A DNA stretch of 64,000 nucleotides from contig OY781089.1 in NCBI GenBank assembly GCA_963676565.1, positions 1,024,001 through 1,088,000 on the forward strand. The letters run 5' to 3'. Position numbers and translations under genes: made by a program. This document shows positions 1 through 9,420 of the stretch, one piece after another (position 1 is the stretch's first letter; the number at the start of each line of letters is the position of its first letter). Under the pieces are notes generated by a model. The model was not told the DNA's origin, did not search any database, and saw nothing but the letters and a program-made list of their open reading frames with translations. The DNA is from Halarcobacter sp. GTDB taxonomy: Bacteria > Campylobacterota > Campylobacteria > Campylobacterales > Arcobacteraceae.

Positions 1-157
1 TAGGTTTTGGAACTGCACCTGTAAATATATCTTTAAATTGAACCATACCTGCATTTGTAAACATTAATGTAGGGTCATCAGGAACTAAAGGCATTGATGA
101 GATAATCTCATGACCTTTACCTTTAAAAAATTCTAAATACTCTTTTCTTATATCCAT
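1..157 (-). CDS. alaS: Alanine--tRNA ligase, N-terminal part (runs off window start)
   Basis: Manual translation from ATG at 157: [47 protein letters not shown], the AlaRS N-terminal signature; not in the ORF track. Confidence 0.95.
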   Translation of the reverse strand, partial: MDIRKEYLEFFKGKGHEIISSMPLVPDDPTLMFTNAGMVQFKDIFTGAVPKP

Positions 158-322
158 TTATTCTGTCCATTTAATTAGTTTTTACTAACATTATAATTTG
201 CGCCTATTGTAACCAAAATATTATTTATGAAAGATTAGTGAAGTCTTTATACGTTGATTTAAGTTTTATAGAGTATAATTTACTACTTTTACATAAAAAA
301 TACATAAATAAAGGAATTTAAA

Positions 323-640
323 ATGGGTAAATATATAGATTTAACTCCTGAAAACTTTGAAGAAGTTACAAACTCTGGTGTATCAATGGTAGATTTCTGG
401 GCTCCATGGTGTGGACCTTGTAGAATGGTTGCCCCAATTATTGAAGAATTAGCAGAAGAGTTTGAAGGTAAAGCTAACATTTGTAAAGTTAATACAGATG
501 AGCAACAAGATTTAGCTGTTAAATATGGAATTAGATCTATTCCAACTATTATCTTTGTTAAAGATGGAGAGATAGTTGATCAAATGGTAGGTGCTGCATC
601 TAAACAAGCATTCGCTGATAAAATCAACTCATTTTTATAA
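323..640 (+). CDS. trxA: Thioredoxin (copy 1)
   Basis: 105 aa, WCGPC active site, SIPT cis-Pro motif, AAGGA SD. Confidence 0.97.
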   Translation: MGKYIDLTPENFEEVTNSGVSMVDFWAPWCGPCRMVAPIIEELAEEFEGKANICKVNTDEQQDLAVKYGIRSIPTIIFVKDGEIVDQMVGAASKQAFADKINSFL

Positions 641-663
641 TAGTTATAAAAATCAATAAACTT

Positions 664-689
664 AAGCAAGACTTAGTCTTGCTTTTTTT
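664..689 (+). terminator. Intrinsic terminator after trxA1
   Basis: AAGCAAGAC-tta-GTCTTGCTT stem followed by a T run. Confidence 0.8.
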
Positions 690-763
690 ATCTATTTCTT
701 AATTTGGATATTATTTATTAAATGATAAAATTTTTCCAATAAAACATAAAAAGGAAAAATAAA

Positions 764-1081
764 ATGTCTAAATATATAGATTTAACACAAGAAAATTTTG
801 AAGAAACTACAAACTCAGGTATTTCACTTGTAGACTTTTGGGCTCCATGGTGTGGACCTTGTAGAATGTTAGCTCCAGTGATTGAACAATTAGCAGAAGA
901 GTTTGATGGAAAAGCAAAGATTTGTAAAGTAAATTCTGATGAAGAACAAGACTTATCAGTTAAATATGGTATCAGATCAATTCCAACCATGCTATTTATG
1001 AGAGATGGAGAAGTTGTAGATCAATTAATTGGTGCTCAATCAAAACAAGCTATTGCAGATAAAATCAACTCGTTAATATAA
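764..1081 (+). CDS. trxA: Thioredoxin (copy 2, tandem paralogue)
   Basis: 105 aa, WCGPC; 81/105 residues identical to copy 1 by manual alignment. Confidence 0.97.
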   Translation: MSKYIDLTQENFEETTNSGISLVDFWAPWCGPCRMLAPVIEQLAEEFDGKAKICKVNSDEEQDLSVKYGIRSIPTMLFMRDGEVVDQLIGAQSKQAIADKINSLI

Positions 1082-1110
1082 AACTTATTGAATAAATCTA
1101 AACAATTATT

Positions 1111-1143
1111 AAAAAAGGATAGTCTTTACTATCCTTTTTTTTT
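1111..1143 (+). terminator. Intrinsic terminator after trxA2
   Basis: AAAAAAGGATAGT-cttt-ACTATCCTTTTTT stem with a long T tail. Confidence 0.85.
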
Positions 1144-1191
1144 GCTTAAAATTTATAATTAAACTTCAAAATTACGGTAAATATTAAAAAA

Positions 1192-1207
1192 GCCACACTA
1201 AAGTCAC
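1192..1207 (+). promoter_or_regulatory. Putative OmpR/PhoB-type direct-repeat box upstream of DASS gene
   Basis: GCCAC-actaaa-GTCAC, 11-bp period; similar boxes occur at frdC, ccoN and the porin. Confidence 0.45.
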
Positions 1208-1261
1208 ATTACAATTTTAAAATTTCACTATAAAAAGAAAATTATATTGAAAGGATATATT

Positions 1262-2668
1262 ATGAGCAATACAGTAAAAATGGTTATACCAATTTTAGTA
1301 GCCGTGATTGTTGCGCTTCTACCAACGCCAGAAGGTTTAGCTGTGAACGCACACTACTTCTTTGCAGTGTTTTTAGGGGTAATTGTAGGTTTAATTTTGG
1401 AGCCAATTCCACCAGCGTTAATTGGTTTAACAGGTGTAGCTTTCTGTGCTACTTTTGGTTTAGTTGGAGACTCTGCAAAAGCAGCAAGATCTTGGGCTTT
1501 AAGTGGTTTCTCTAATGGAGTTATTTGGTTAATCTTTGCAGCGTTTATGTTTGCTCTTGGTTATAAAAAATCAGGACTTGGTAAAAGATTATCATTGATG
1601 CTAGTTAAAAAACTAGGTAAAACATCACTAGGTTTAGGATATGCAGTAGCATTTGCAGATGGTATCTTAGCACCATTTATGCCTTCAAATACAGCAAGAA
1701 GTGCAGGTACTATTTTCCCAATCGCTATTAATATCCCACAAATGTTTAACTCATTACCAGATAATGAGCCAAGAAAAATTGGTTCTTATATCTCATGGGT
1801 AGCAATTGCAGCAACAACTGTTACAAGTTCTATGTTCTTAACAGCTCTTGCTCCAAACTTACTAGCAGTTTCACTTGTTGAAAAAAATGTAGGTATTGCA
1901 ATTGAATGGGGAACTTGGTTTAGTACATTAGCTGTAATCATGATTCCATTGTTCTTATTAGTTCCAGTGTTAACATATATTGTTTACCCACCAGAACAAA
2001 AAACTTCTCCTGAAGCTCCAGCATGGGCAGCAAAAGAGTTAGAAAAAATGGGTTCAATTACTAAAAAAGAGATTTTAATGTTATGCTTTGGTCTTTTAGC
2101 TTTAGCTATGTGGATTTTTGGTAAACAAATTGGAGTTAATAGTACAACTGCAGCAATCGCAGTATTATGTTTACTTGTTCTTTCAAATGTAATTACTTGG
2201 GAAGATGTTATAACAAATAAAGGGGCTGTAAATGTATTTATTTGGTTTGCTACTTTAGTTGCTATGGCAGCAGGACTTAAAAAAGTTGGTTTCTTAAAAT
2301 GGGCAGCAGGGTTAATCTCTGGAGGTTTAGTTGGAATGGATCCGGTTACAATTGCAATAGTACTTGTGATTTTATTCTTCTTGTTCCACTATTTCTTTGC
2401 AAGTGTAACAGCTCACACAGTGGCTTTATTACCACTTTTCTTAGGAGTAGCAACTAACCTTTTACCTATTGAGATGATTCAACCATTATCAATCTTACTT
2501 GTAGGTTCATTAGGATTAATGGGAATTATCACTCCATATGGTACAGGTCCTTCACCAATTTGGTATGGAGCAGGATATATATCACAAGCTAAATGGTGGT
2601 TCTTAGGAGCAATCTTCGGTGGTGTTTATTTACTTGCTTTAGTTGGATTAGGATTTGTTATCCTTTAA
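1262..2668 (+). CDS. DASS-family anion permease (CitT/TtdT-like di/tricarboxylate exchanger)
   Basis: Polytopic membrane protein with PSNTAR and TPYGTGPSPIWYGAGY motifs; ATG at 1262 follows an AAGGA SD. Confidence 0.9.
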   Translation: MSNTVKMVIPILVAVIVALLPTPEGLAVNAHYFFAVFLGVIVGLILEPIPPALIGLTGVAFCATFGLVGDSAKAARSWALSGFSNGVIWLIFAAFMFALGYKKSGLGKRLSLMLVKKLGKTSLGLGYAVAFADGILAPFMPSNTARSAGTIFPIAINIPQMFNSLPDNEPRKIGSYISWVAIAATTVTSSMFLTALAPNLLAVSLVEKNVGIAIEWGTWFSTLAVIMIPLFLLVPVLTYIVYPPEQKTSPEAPAWAAKELEKMGSITKKEILMLCFGLLALAMWIFGKQIGVNSTTAAIAVLCLLVLSNVITWEDVITNKGAVNVFIWFATLVAMAAGLKKVGFLKWAAGLISGGLVGMDPVTIAIVLVILFFLFHYFFASVTAHTVALLPLFLGVATNLLPIEMIQPLSILLVGSLGLMGIITPYGTGPSPIWYGAGYISQAKWWFLGAIFGGVYLLALVGLGFVIL

Positions 2669-2687
2669 TCTGAAGAGAAAAATTATG

Positions 2688-2721
2688 AAAAAAGGTGTCA
2701 AGGAATTGGCACCTTTTTTTT
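2688..2721 (+). terminator. Intrinsic terminator after DASS gene
   Basis: AAAAAAGGTGTCA...TGGCACCTTTTTT stem with T tail. Confidence 0.8.
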
Positions 2722-2749
2722 ATTAAATTTCCACTATAATATTTCTAAT

Positions 2750-4951
2750 ATGAAGAAGTTAATTTTTTTACTAATTTTCCCAATTTTTTTATTTGCCAAT
2801 AGTAAGATTCTTATTATAAATTCTTATCACAAGGGTTATGAATTTAGTGATAGTATTGTAAAAGGAATTGAAGAGGTTATTTATCCTCATACAAATATGG
2901 ATATTAATACATTATATATGGACTCTAAAAGGGTTGCCTCAAAAGAATATTTTCAAAATCTTGAAAAACTTTATAGTGTACAATTAAAAGATAGAGAGTA
3001 TGATTTAATCATTGCAATTGATAGATTTGCTTATGATTTTGTCTTAGATGTTCATAAAAAGTTTTTTAAAGGTAAACCTATTTTAGCTGTTGGTATAGAG
3101 AATTTTTATGAAGAAAAAGCAATAAGGTATGGTGTAAAAGATAAAGTTTCAGCTTTATTGGAAAGAAGAGACTTAAAATCTAATGTTAAAGTTATAAAAA
3201 GATTAATACCAAATTTAAAAAAGCTTTATATTATAAATGATAAAAGTGAAAATGCCTTACATACAGAACCTTTGATACAAGAACTTTTTAAAGATTTTGA
3301 TGAAGATTATGAATTAATCTATTTAAAAGAGGATGATTTAGAAAGTTTAAGAAGAAGATTTTCCATTGAAGATGAAAATAGTGCAGCATTATTTATAAGG
3401 TTTTACAAAAATAAAGATGGTAAATTAAACAACAATAGAGAGATAGAAAACTTTATAGACAATTCAAAAATTCCTATTTTTATAACCGATTCTATTTTTA
3501 TTAAAAAAGGTGCAGTTGGTGGGAGAATTGTAGATTTGTATAGGTTTGGTAAAACTTCTGGTGAAATGGCTCTAGATATTTTATATGGTAAGGGTCATAA
3601 GATTGTTACATTTGAAGATTTAAATTATGTATTTGATTCAAAAAAATTAGTACAATTTATTCTTCCTGTTGATGTTTTAAATGTTGATTATGAAATAGTA
3701 AATAAAAGGGAGACTTTTTATGATAAAAATAGAGGTTTTATAGAGGTTGTATTTAAACTTATCCCTTTATTATTATTCCTTATTTTAGGACTTATTCATA
3801 ATATTTATAAAAGAAAACAAACAGAAAAAGAGTTAAGACAAAGAATTGATTTTGATGCAGTTTTATTAAATGCAATTGATAGCCCAATATTTTGGCAGGA
3901 TGAAAAGGGTTTTATTGTAGATTCAAATTCACAATTTTGTTCCTTATTAAAAATTAAATGCGATAAAATATATGGATGTGATGAAATATATGGAAAAAAA
4001 CTTGAAGATTTTTCTTCCAATCCAAATGTTTTACTTATAATAGATGTTTTAGAAAAATATAAACAAAATAAAAAAGAAAACTATGAATTTAAGTTTTATG
4101 ATTTAATGGGAGAAAAGAAATTTTATCTTTTAAAGCAGGAAAAATTTGAAGATAAAAAGTCTAAAACAGAAGGTACTGTTACAATTTTTACTGATGTAAC
4201 TAAAGAAAGAGAAGTTGCAATGGAGAAACAAAGAAATAGGCAATTTGTAATTCAACAAAGCAAATTAGCAGAGATTGGTGAGGTGTTTTCATCAATTGCC
4301 CACCAATGGAAATCTCCTCTTATAGAAATTACAGCAATTGCTCAAGAGCTTTTTTATTCTAGAAGATGTAATGATTGTAATAAAAATGAAAGAGAGGATG
4401 AAAGTTTTGTAAAAGATATTATGAATCAAGTTACATATATGACAAATACTATCAATGATTTCCAAAAATTTATCATGCCTTCTAATAAAAAGAAAGAATT
4501 TAACATTCATGATGCAGTAAAATCTGTTTTAGAGATTATAAATCATAATATAAAATACAATAATATTAAAATTAATATAGATGTGAAAGAGGGTACAAAA
4601 CTAAATGTTATTGGGTACAAAAATGAGATAATGCAATCTTTTTTAAATATTGTTAATAATGCGAAAGATGCACTTTTAGAAAAAAATAATTATAAAAATA
4701 GAAATATTGAAATAAAACTTTTTAATGAAAATAGATATTTAGTTATCACAATAAAAGATAATGCAGGTGGTATTGATGAAAAATCATTAAATGAGATTTT
4801 TAATCCATACTTCACCACAAAAGAGCAGGGACATGGGATTGGACTATATATGAGTAAGGTTATCATTGAAGATAAAATGGGTGGAAGCATTTTTGTTAAA
4901 AATGTTGAAAACGGGGCAATGTTTACAATAAGATTGGATCAAAGTATATGA
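2750..4951 (+). CDS. Sensor histidine kinase (signal peptide, ABC-substrate-binding-like periplasmic domain, TM, PAS-like, HisKA, HATPase)
   Basis: H-box SIAHQWKSPL, N-box NIVNNAKDA, G boxes DNAGGI and PYFTTK..GHGIGLY; periplasmic INSYHKGYEFSD motif. Confidence 0.92.
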   Translation: MKKLIFLLIFPIFLFANSKILIINSYHKGYEFSDSIVKGIEEVIYPHTNMDINTLYMDSKRVASKEYFQNLEKLYSVQLKDREYDLIIAIDRFAYDFVLDVHKKFFKGKPILAVGIENFYEEKAIRYGVKDKVSALLERRDLKSNVKVIKRLIPNLKKLYIINDKSENALHTEPLIQELFKDFDEDYELIYLKEDDLESLRRRFSIEDENSAALFIRFYKNKDGKLNNNREIENFIDNSKIPIFITDSIFIKKGAVGGRIVDLYRFGKTSGEMALDILYGKGHKIVTFEDLNYVFDSKKLVQFILPVDVLNVDYEIVNKRETFYDKNRGFIEVVFKLIPLLLFLILGLIHNIYKRKQTEKELRQRIDFDAVLLNAIDSPIFWQDEKGFIVDSNSQFCSLLKIKCDKIYGCDEIYGKKLEDFSSNPNVLLIIDVLEKYKQNKKENYEFKFYDLMGEKKFYLLKQEKFEDKKSKTEGTVTIFTDVTKEREVAMEKQRNRQFVIQQSKLAEIGEVFSSIAHQWKSPLIEITAIAQELFYSRRCNDCNKNEREDESFVKDIMNQVTYMTNTINDFQKFIMPSNKKKEFNIHDAVKSVLEIINHNIKYNNIKINIDVKEGTKLNVIGYKNEIMQSFLNIVNNAKDALLEKNNYKNRNIEIKLFNENRYLVITIKDNAGGIDEKSLNEIFNPYFTTKEQGHGIGLYMSKVIIEDKMGGSIFVKNVENGAMFTIRLDQSI

Positions 4952-5604
4952 AAATATTAGTTTTAGAAGATAATAAAAGTTTGTCAAGTGTTATGGAAAA
5001 AGCGCTTACATCAGAGGGGTATAAAGTTGATTGTTTTTATGATGGTGATGATGCTGCAGATGCAATAGAAAATGGATATGGTTGTTTTATTTTAGACATA
5101 AATGTACCAAACTTAGATGGTATTTCAATCCTAGAATATATTAGAATGAACCATCCTGATACACCAGTTATCATAATAAGTGCAAATCATGATTTAGAAA
5201 AAATTGAGAAATCATACTCTTTTGGATGTGATGATTATTTAAAAAAGCCATTTTATATTTTAGAGCTTGTTCAAAAGGTCAAAAAACTTTGTGCTTTACA
5301 AGAACAGTATCTAAAATTTGATGATGAGTTTAAATTTGATTTTAAAAATAGAGTTTTATATAAAAATGGTGTAGAGTTAGAACTTACAAAAAAAGAGATA
5401 CTTTTTATAGAACTTTTTTCAAATGATTTACACCGTTTGGCAACATATGAAGTTATTGAAGAATATGTTTGGGAAGGTGAAGAGACAAATTTAATAAATA
5501 TAAGGGCAATGATTAAAAGATTAAGGAAAAAACTTCCTGAAGATGCTATAACTATTGTTAAAGGTTTAGGTTACTCTTTAAATAAAAATGTTTCATTTGA
5601 ATAA
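4948..5604 (+). CDS. OmpR-family response regulator
   Basis: REC domain (LVLED, LDINVP, DYLKKPF) plus winged helix (IKRLRKKL...VKGLGY); ATGA overlap with the kinase. Confidence 0.93.
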   Translation: MKILVLEDNKSLSSVMEKALTSEGYKVDCFYDGDDAADAIENGYGCFILDINVPNLDGISILEYIRMNHPDTPVIIISANHDLEKIEKSYSFGCDDYLKKPFYILELVQKVKKLCALQEQYLKFDDEFKFDFKNRVLYKNGVELELTKKEILFIELFSNDLHRLATYEVIEEYVWEGEETNLINIRAMIKRLRKKLPEDAITIVKGLGYSLNKNVSFE

Positions 5605-5677
5605 ATCTTATATTAGTTTTATTAATAAATGATTAATAATCCAAGTATATAATTCTCGTATATATTTGGAGGTTTCT

Positions 5678-6376
5678 ATGATTGAAGCAAAAAACTTAAA
5701 AAAAGTCTACAAAGTAGGTGAATTAGATCTTACTGTAATTAATGATTTATCTATATCTATAAAAGAGGGTGAATTTATATCTTTAATTGGTCCAAGTGGA
5801 AGTGGAAAATCTACTGTACTTAATATGCTTGGTTGTTTAGATACTCCAACTTCAGGAAATATAACTATAAATAATCAAGATATTACAAATTTAAATAAAA
5901 CGCAGCTTGCAAATTTTAGAGGTGAGCATATAGGTTTTATCTTTCAAAGTTTTAATCTTATTCCAGTTTTAACAGTTTATGAAAATATAGAGTATCCTCT
6001 TATAATGATTCAAAATTTAGCTGAAAATGAAAGAAAAATGAGAATAGAAAAACTTCTCAAAGAAGTTGGAATGTTTGAACAAAAGGATAAAACACCTGAT
6101 AAAATATCAGGGGGTCAAATGCAAAGAGTTGCCATAGCTAGAGCATTAGTTACTAATCCTAAAATCGTTTTTGCAGATGAGCCAACTGCAAATTTAGATA
6201 GTAAAACTGCACATATGATTATTGATTTAATGAAAAAGATTCAAAAAGAGCATAATACTACATTTATATTTGCAACCCATGATGAAAAAATTGTTGAAAA
6301 TGTGGATAGGTTAATAACTTTAATTGATGGTAATATTGTTGAAGATATTTATACTAAAAGTGGAGTGTCAAAATGA
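5678..6376 (+). CDS. ABC transporter ATP-binding protein (LolD/MacB-like)
   Basis: Walker A GPSGSGKST, IGFIFQSFNL, ISGGQMQR, ADEPTANLD; GGAGG SD before ATG at 5678. Confidence 0.93.
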   Translation: MIEAKNLKKVYKVGELDLTVINDLSISIKEGEFISLIGPSGSGKSTVLNMLGCLDTPTSGNITINNQDITNLNKTQLANFRGEHIGFIFQSFNLIPVLTVYENIEYPLIMIQNLAENERKMRIEKLLKEVGMFEQKDKTPDKISGGQMQRVAIARALVTNPKIVFADEPTANLDSKTAHMIIDLMKKIQKEHNTTFIFATHDEKIVENVDRLITLIDGNIVEDIYTKSGVSK

Positions 6377-7605
6377 ATAATATACTAAAAATTTCATATA
6401 GAAATTTAAAAAGAAACCATAGACGAACATTGTTGACATCAAGTTTAATTACACTAGGTGTAATCTTTGTATTAGTATATATAGCACTTTCTGGAAGTTT
6501 TAAAGCTTATATGGTTAGTCAGATTACTGATTCTTCAATGGGACATATACAAATACACAAAAAAGGATTTGTTGCTAGTGTTGAAAATCTTCCTTTAGAT
6601 AAGAATTTAAATGAAAAAGCTTTAAATTTTATTGAGAAATATTTAAATGAAAGTAAATATGTTGAAAGTTATTCATACAGAATAAAATTTGGTGCAACTT
6701 TTTCAAATTTTGAAAGTACAACAAATATAAGATTAAATGCAATAGATCCTAAAATGGAGTTTGCTACACTTCCTGCATTAAAAGATAGATTAGTTGATTT
6801 TAAAGGTTTACAAAAAGGTGAGATAATAGTTCCCGACCTTATTGCAAAAGGGATGAAAGTAAAAAATGGTGATCCAATTGTTCTTGTTGCAAATAATAAA
6901 AAAGGTAGTGTTAACGGTATTAATCTAAAAGTATCAGGATTGGTTGAAAGAATTAGTGGTCCTGGAGGAAGAGATGGTTATATTCATCTAGATGATGCCA
7001 AAAAAATATTAAGAATTGATGGTGTTGAGGTCAGTGAAATTTTAGTTAGATTAAAAGATAACAATAAATTAGAAGAGGCAGTAAAAGAGTTGAATCCAAT
7101 ACTTGAAAAATTAAATCAAAGTGGAAAACCTGCTTTTGAAATTCATACTTGGCAACAGTTAAGTCCATTTTATAACATTATAAAGATGCTTGATATTATG
7201 AATATTGCCATACAAATTATTCTAATTTCTATTGTACTAATCTCTATTTTAAATGTGATGATTATGAGTGTATATGAGAGAATTAAAGAGATCGGAACTA
7301 TTTCAGCTATGGGAACACCTCCAAAAACAATAGTAAAACTTTTTTTAACAGAAGGTTTATTACTTGGAATATTAGGGGCAGTTCTTGGTGGTATAGTTTC
7401 ATTTTTAATAGTTCAAGGTCTTGATATGGCACAAATCACTTATAGTTTTGGTAGAGAAAGTGATTTAATACTTGAACCTATATTAAAGTTTAGTGATATA
7501 GTTGTAGTTGGAATGATTGTTATATTTATCTCATTAATAGCTTCAATTAGTCCAGCTATAAAAGCTTCAAAATTAGACCCAGTAGAAGCTTTAAGAACAA
7601 ATTAG
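6373..7605 (+). CDS. ABC permease, LolC/E-FtsX family
   Basis: N-terminal TM, large periplasmic loop, ERIKEIGTISAMG and PAIKASKLDPVEALR motifs. Confidence 0.9.
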   Translation: MNNILKISYRNLKRNHRRTLLTSSLITLGVIFVLVYIALSGSFKAYMVSQITDSSMGHIQIHKKGFVASVENLPLDKNLNEKALNFIEKYLNESKYVESYSYRIKFGATFSNFESTTNIRLNAIDPKMEFATLPALKDRLVDFKGLQKGEIIVPDLIAKGMKVKNGDPIVLVANNKKGSVNGINLKVSGLVERISGPGGRDGYIHLDDAKKILRIDGVEVSEILVRLKDNNKLEEAVKELNPILEKLNQSGKPAFEIHTWQQLSPFYNIIKMLDIMNIAIQIILISIVLISILNVMIMSVYERIKEIGTISAMGTPPKTIVKLFLTEGLLLGILGAVLGGIVSFLIVQGLDMAQITYSFGRESDLILEPILKFSDIVVVGMIVIFISLIASISPAIKASKLDPVEALRTN

Positions 7606-7613
7606 GAGTATTT

Positions 7614-8327
7614 ATGAAAAATCTATTATTTATATGTTTATTTTTAGGTTCAATGTTTGCGCAAAATATACTTGAACAAGTTGATGAAAAAATGGCTCCA
7701 GGAAGCAGTGAAAGTTATAAAAAATTAGTTAATATTGAACCAGATGGAACCAAAAAAGAGTTTTTACTTTATCAAGCTAGAAAAGGTAGTAACAAAATGG
7801 TATCTGCTTTTCTAAAACCAGAATCAGAAAAAGGAAGAACAACATTAAGAGTTGATGATAATATGTGGCTTTATTTACCTGATGTTGGTAGAGCAATTAG
7901 AATCACTTCAATGCAAAGTGTGATTGGTGGGGTTTTTAATAACTCAGATATCATGAGACTTGATTTTGCAACAGAGTATGATATTGTATCTCAAAAAGAT
8001 AATAATGATGAAATTCTAGTTGAAACAAAAGCAAAAACAGATACAGTTGCTTATGATAAATTATTAATGAAAATTGACAAAAAAACACTTACTCCAAAAG
8101 AGATTGAGTGTTTTGCTTCAACAGGGATGTTAATAAAAACAATCTATTATAAAGATATAAAAGATTTTGGAAATGGAATAATTAGACCAGCAGTAATGGA
8201 GACAAAAAGTCCACTTTATAAAGGATATACTTCAATTATGGTTTATGGAAAGATTGAACCAAAAGAGTTTAGTGATGAAGCTTTTACTTTGGATAATCTT
8301 TCAAAAGTAGAAAATTTAAGAAGATAA
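7614..8327 (+). CDS. Outer-membrane lipoprotein-sorting (LolA-like) periplasmic protein
   Basis: Signal peptide; FLKPESEKGRTTL..DDNMWLYLPDVGRAIRI...FNNSDI pattern recalled for the LolA_like family. Confidence 0.8.
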   Translation: MKNLLFICLFLGSMFAQNILEQVDEKMAPGSSESYKKLVNIEPDGTKKEFLLYQARKGSNKMVSAFLKPESEKGRTTLRVDDNMWLYLPDVGRAIRITSMQSVIGGVFNNSDIMRLDFATEYDIVSQKDNNDEILVETKAKTDTVAYDKLLMKIDKKTLTPKEIECFASTGMLIKTIYYKDIKDFGNGIIRPAVMETKSPLYKGYTSIMVYGKIEPKEFSDEAFTLDNLSKVENLRR

Positions 8328-8331
8328 AAGG

Positions 8332-9420
8332 ATGAAGAAAAGCTATTGTCTTCTTAGTCTTATTGTTTCTTTTAGTTTTGCAAATGATTATGAATTTAGT
8401 TTTGATGAACTTGAAACAATGGAGACAAAATCTTATGAATATAGTGGATATATACAAGGTGAATATAAATATCAATCACTAGATGAAGGTTCTCAAAATA
8501 GTTATTTAGGAGAACTTTTTTTTAACTATAAATATTTTGTTGAAGATTATTCTTTTTATATTGATTTATTAGGAAATTATGAAAATATAAATCATAAAGA
8601 AGATTTTGAAGCTTTAATTAATCAAGGCTTTCTTAACTATAAATATAATGAAAATCATCAAATATATATAGGTAAGAAAACTCCAAAATGGGGTAAAGGC
8701 TACTATGTAAATCCACTTGCTTTTATTGATAGAAAAAAAGATCCCAATGACCCTGAAGGAAGCAGGGAGGGGTTTAGTCAAATAAATTATCAATACAATA
8801 AGGTTTTTAATAGTACTTTAAATAATATTTCTTTTGACATGGTGTATCTTAAAACAACTAAAGATGTGAATGATTATTTTTATAATGGCGAAGATTCAGA
8901 TATTTTGGCCTTAAAAACATATTTTCTTTATAATGATATTGACATTGATTTAGTCTATTTATATAGTAGTAAAGATGAAGATAAATTTGGTTTTGATTTT
9001 TCAACAAACCTTCAATCAAATTTTGAAATACATGGAGAGTATGGAAGATTTGATAATGGTTATTATTCATATCTTTTAGGATTAAAATATTTAACAGAAA
9101 ATGATTTAACAATTCTTAGTGAATTTTATTATCAAAATGAAACTCAAAGTAATAATACAGCTTTTTGGGATAAAAGATATTTTATAAATTCATTTACCCA
9201 AAAAGAGCCACTAGATATTTTATATACTAGTATTTACTATAAAAATATTTTAAATATTGATGATAACTCTCATCAGAATAGAGCTGGATTTATATATACA
9301 GGTATTAAAAATCTTGATATTGATTTTTCTTTTACAAAAAATATTGGAAATAAAATAAGTGAATATGGGAAAAAACCTGTAAATGAAAATTATTGGCTTA
9401 GTTTAAAATATAGTTTTTAA
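8332..9420 (+). CDS. Putative outer-membrane beta-barrel protein, unknown function
   Basis: Signal peptide, Tyr/Phe-rich alternating strands, IGKKTPKWGKG, C-terminal WLSLKYSF barrel-assembly signature. Confidence 0.7.
   Translation: MKKSYCLLSLIVSFSFANDYEFSFDELETMETKSYEYSGYIQGEYKYQSLDEGSQNSYLGELFFNYKYFVEDYSFYIDLLGNYENINHKEDFEALINQGFLNYKYNENHQIYIGKKTPKWGKGYYVNPLAFIDRKKDPNDPEGSREGFSQINYQYNKVFNSTLNNISFDMVYLKTTKDVNDYFYNGEDSDILALKTYFLYNDIDIDLVYLYSSKDEDKFGFDFSTNLQSNFEIHGEYGRFDNGYYSYLLGLKYLTENDLTILSEFYYQNETQSNNTAFWDKRYFINSFTQKEPLDILYTSIYYKNILNIDDNSHQNRAGFIYTGIKNLDIDFSFTKNIGNKISEYGKKPVNENYWLSLKYSF

Noticed and set aside
289..990. Two similar antisense ORFs (289-480 and 718-990)
   Set aside because: Shadows of the duplicated trxA genes; their similarity is explained by the sense-strand paralogy
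5611..5640. TTTATTAATAAA palindrome and ATTAAT repeats before the ABC operon
   Set aside because: Almost pure A/T in an AT-rich genome; cannot be distinguished from chance without a conservation test
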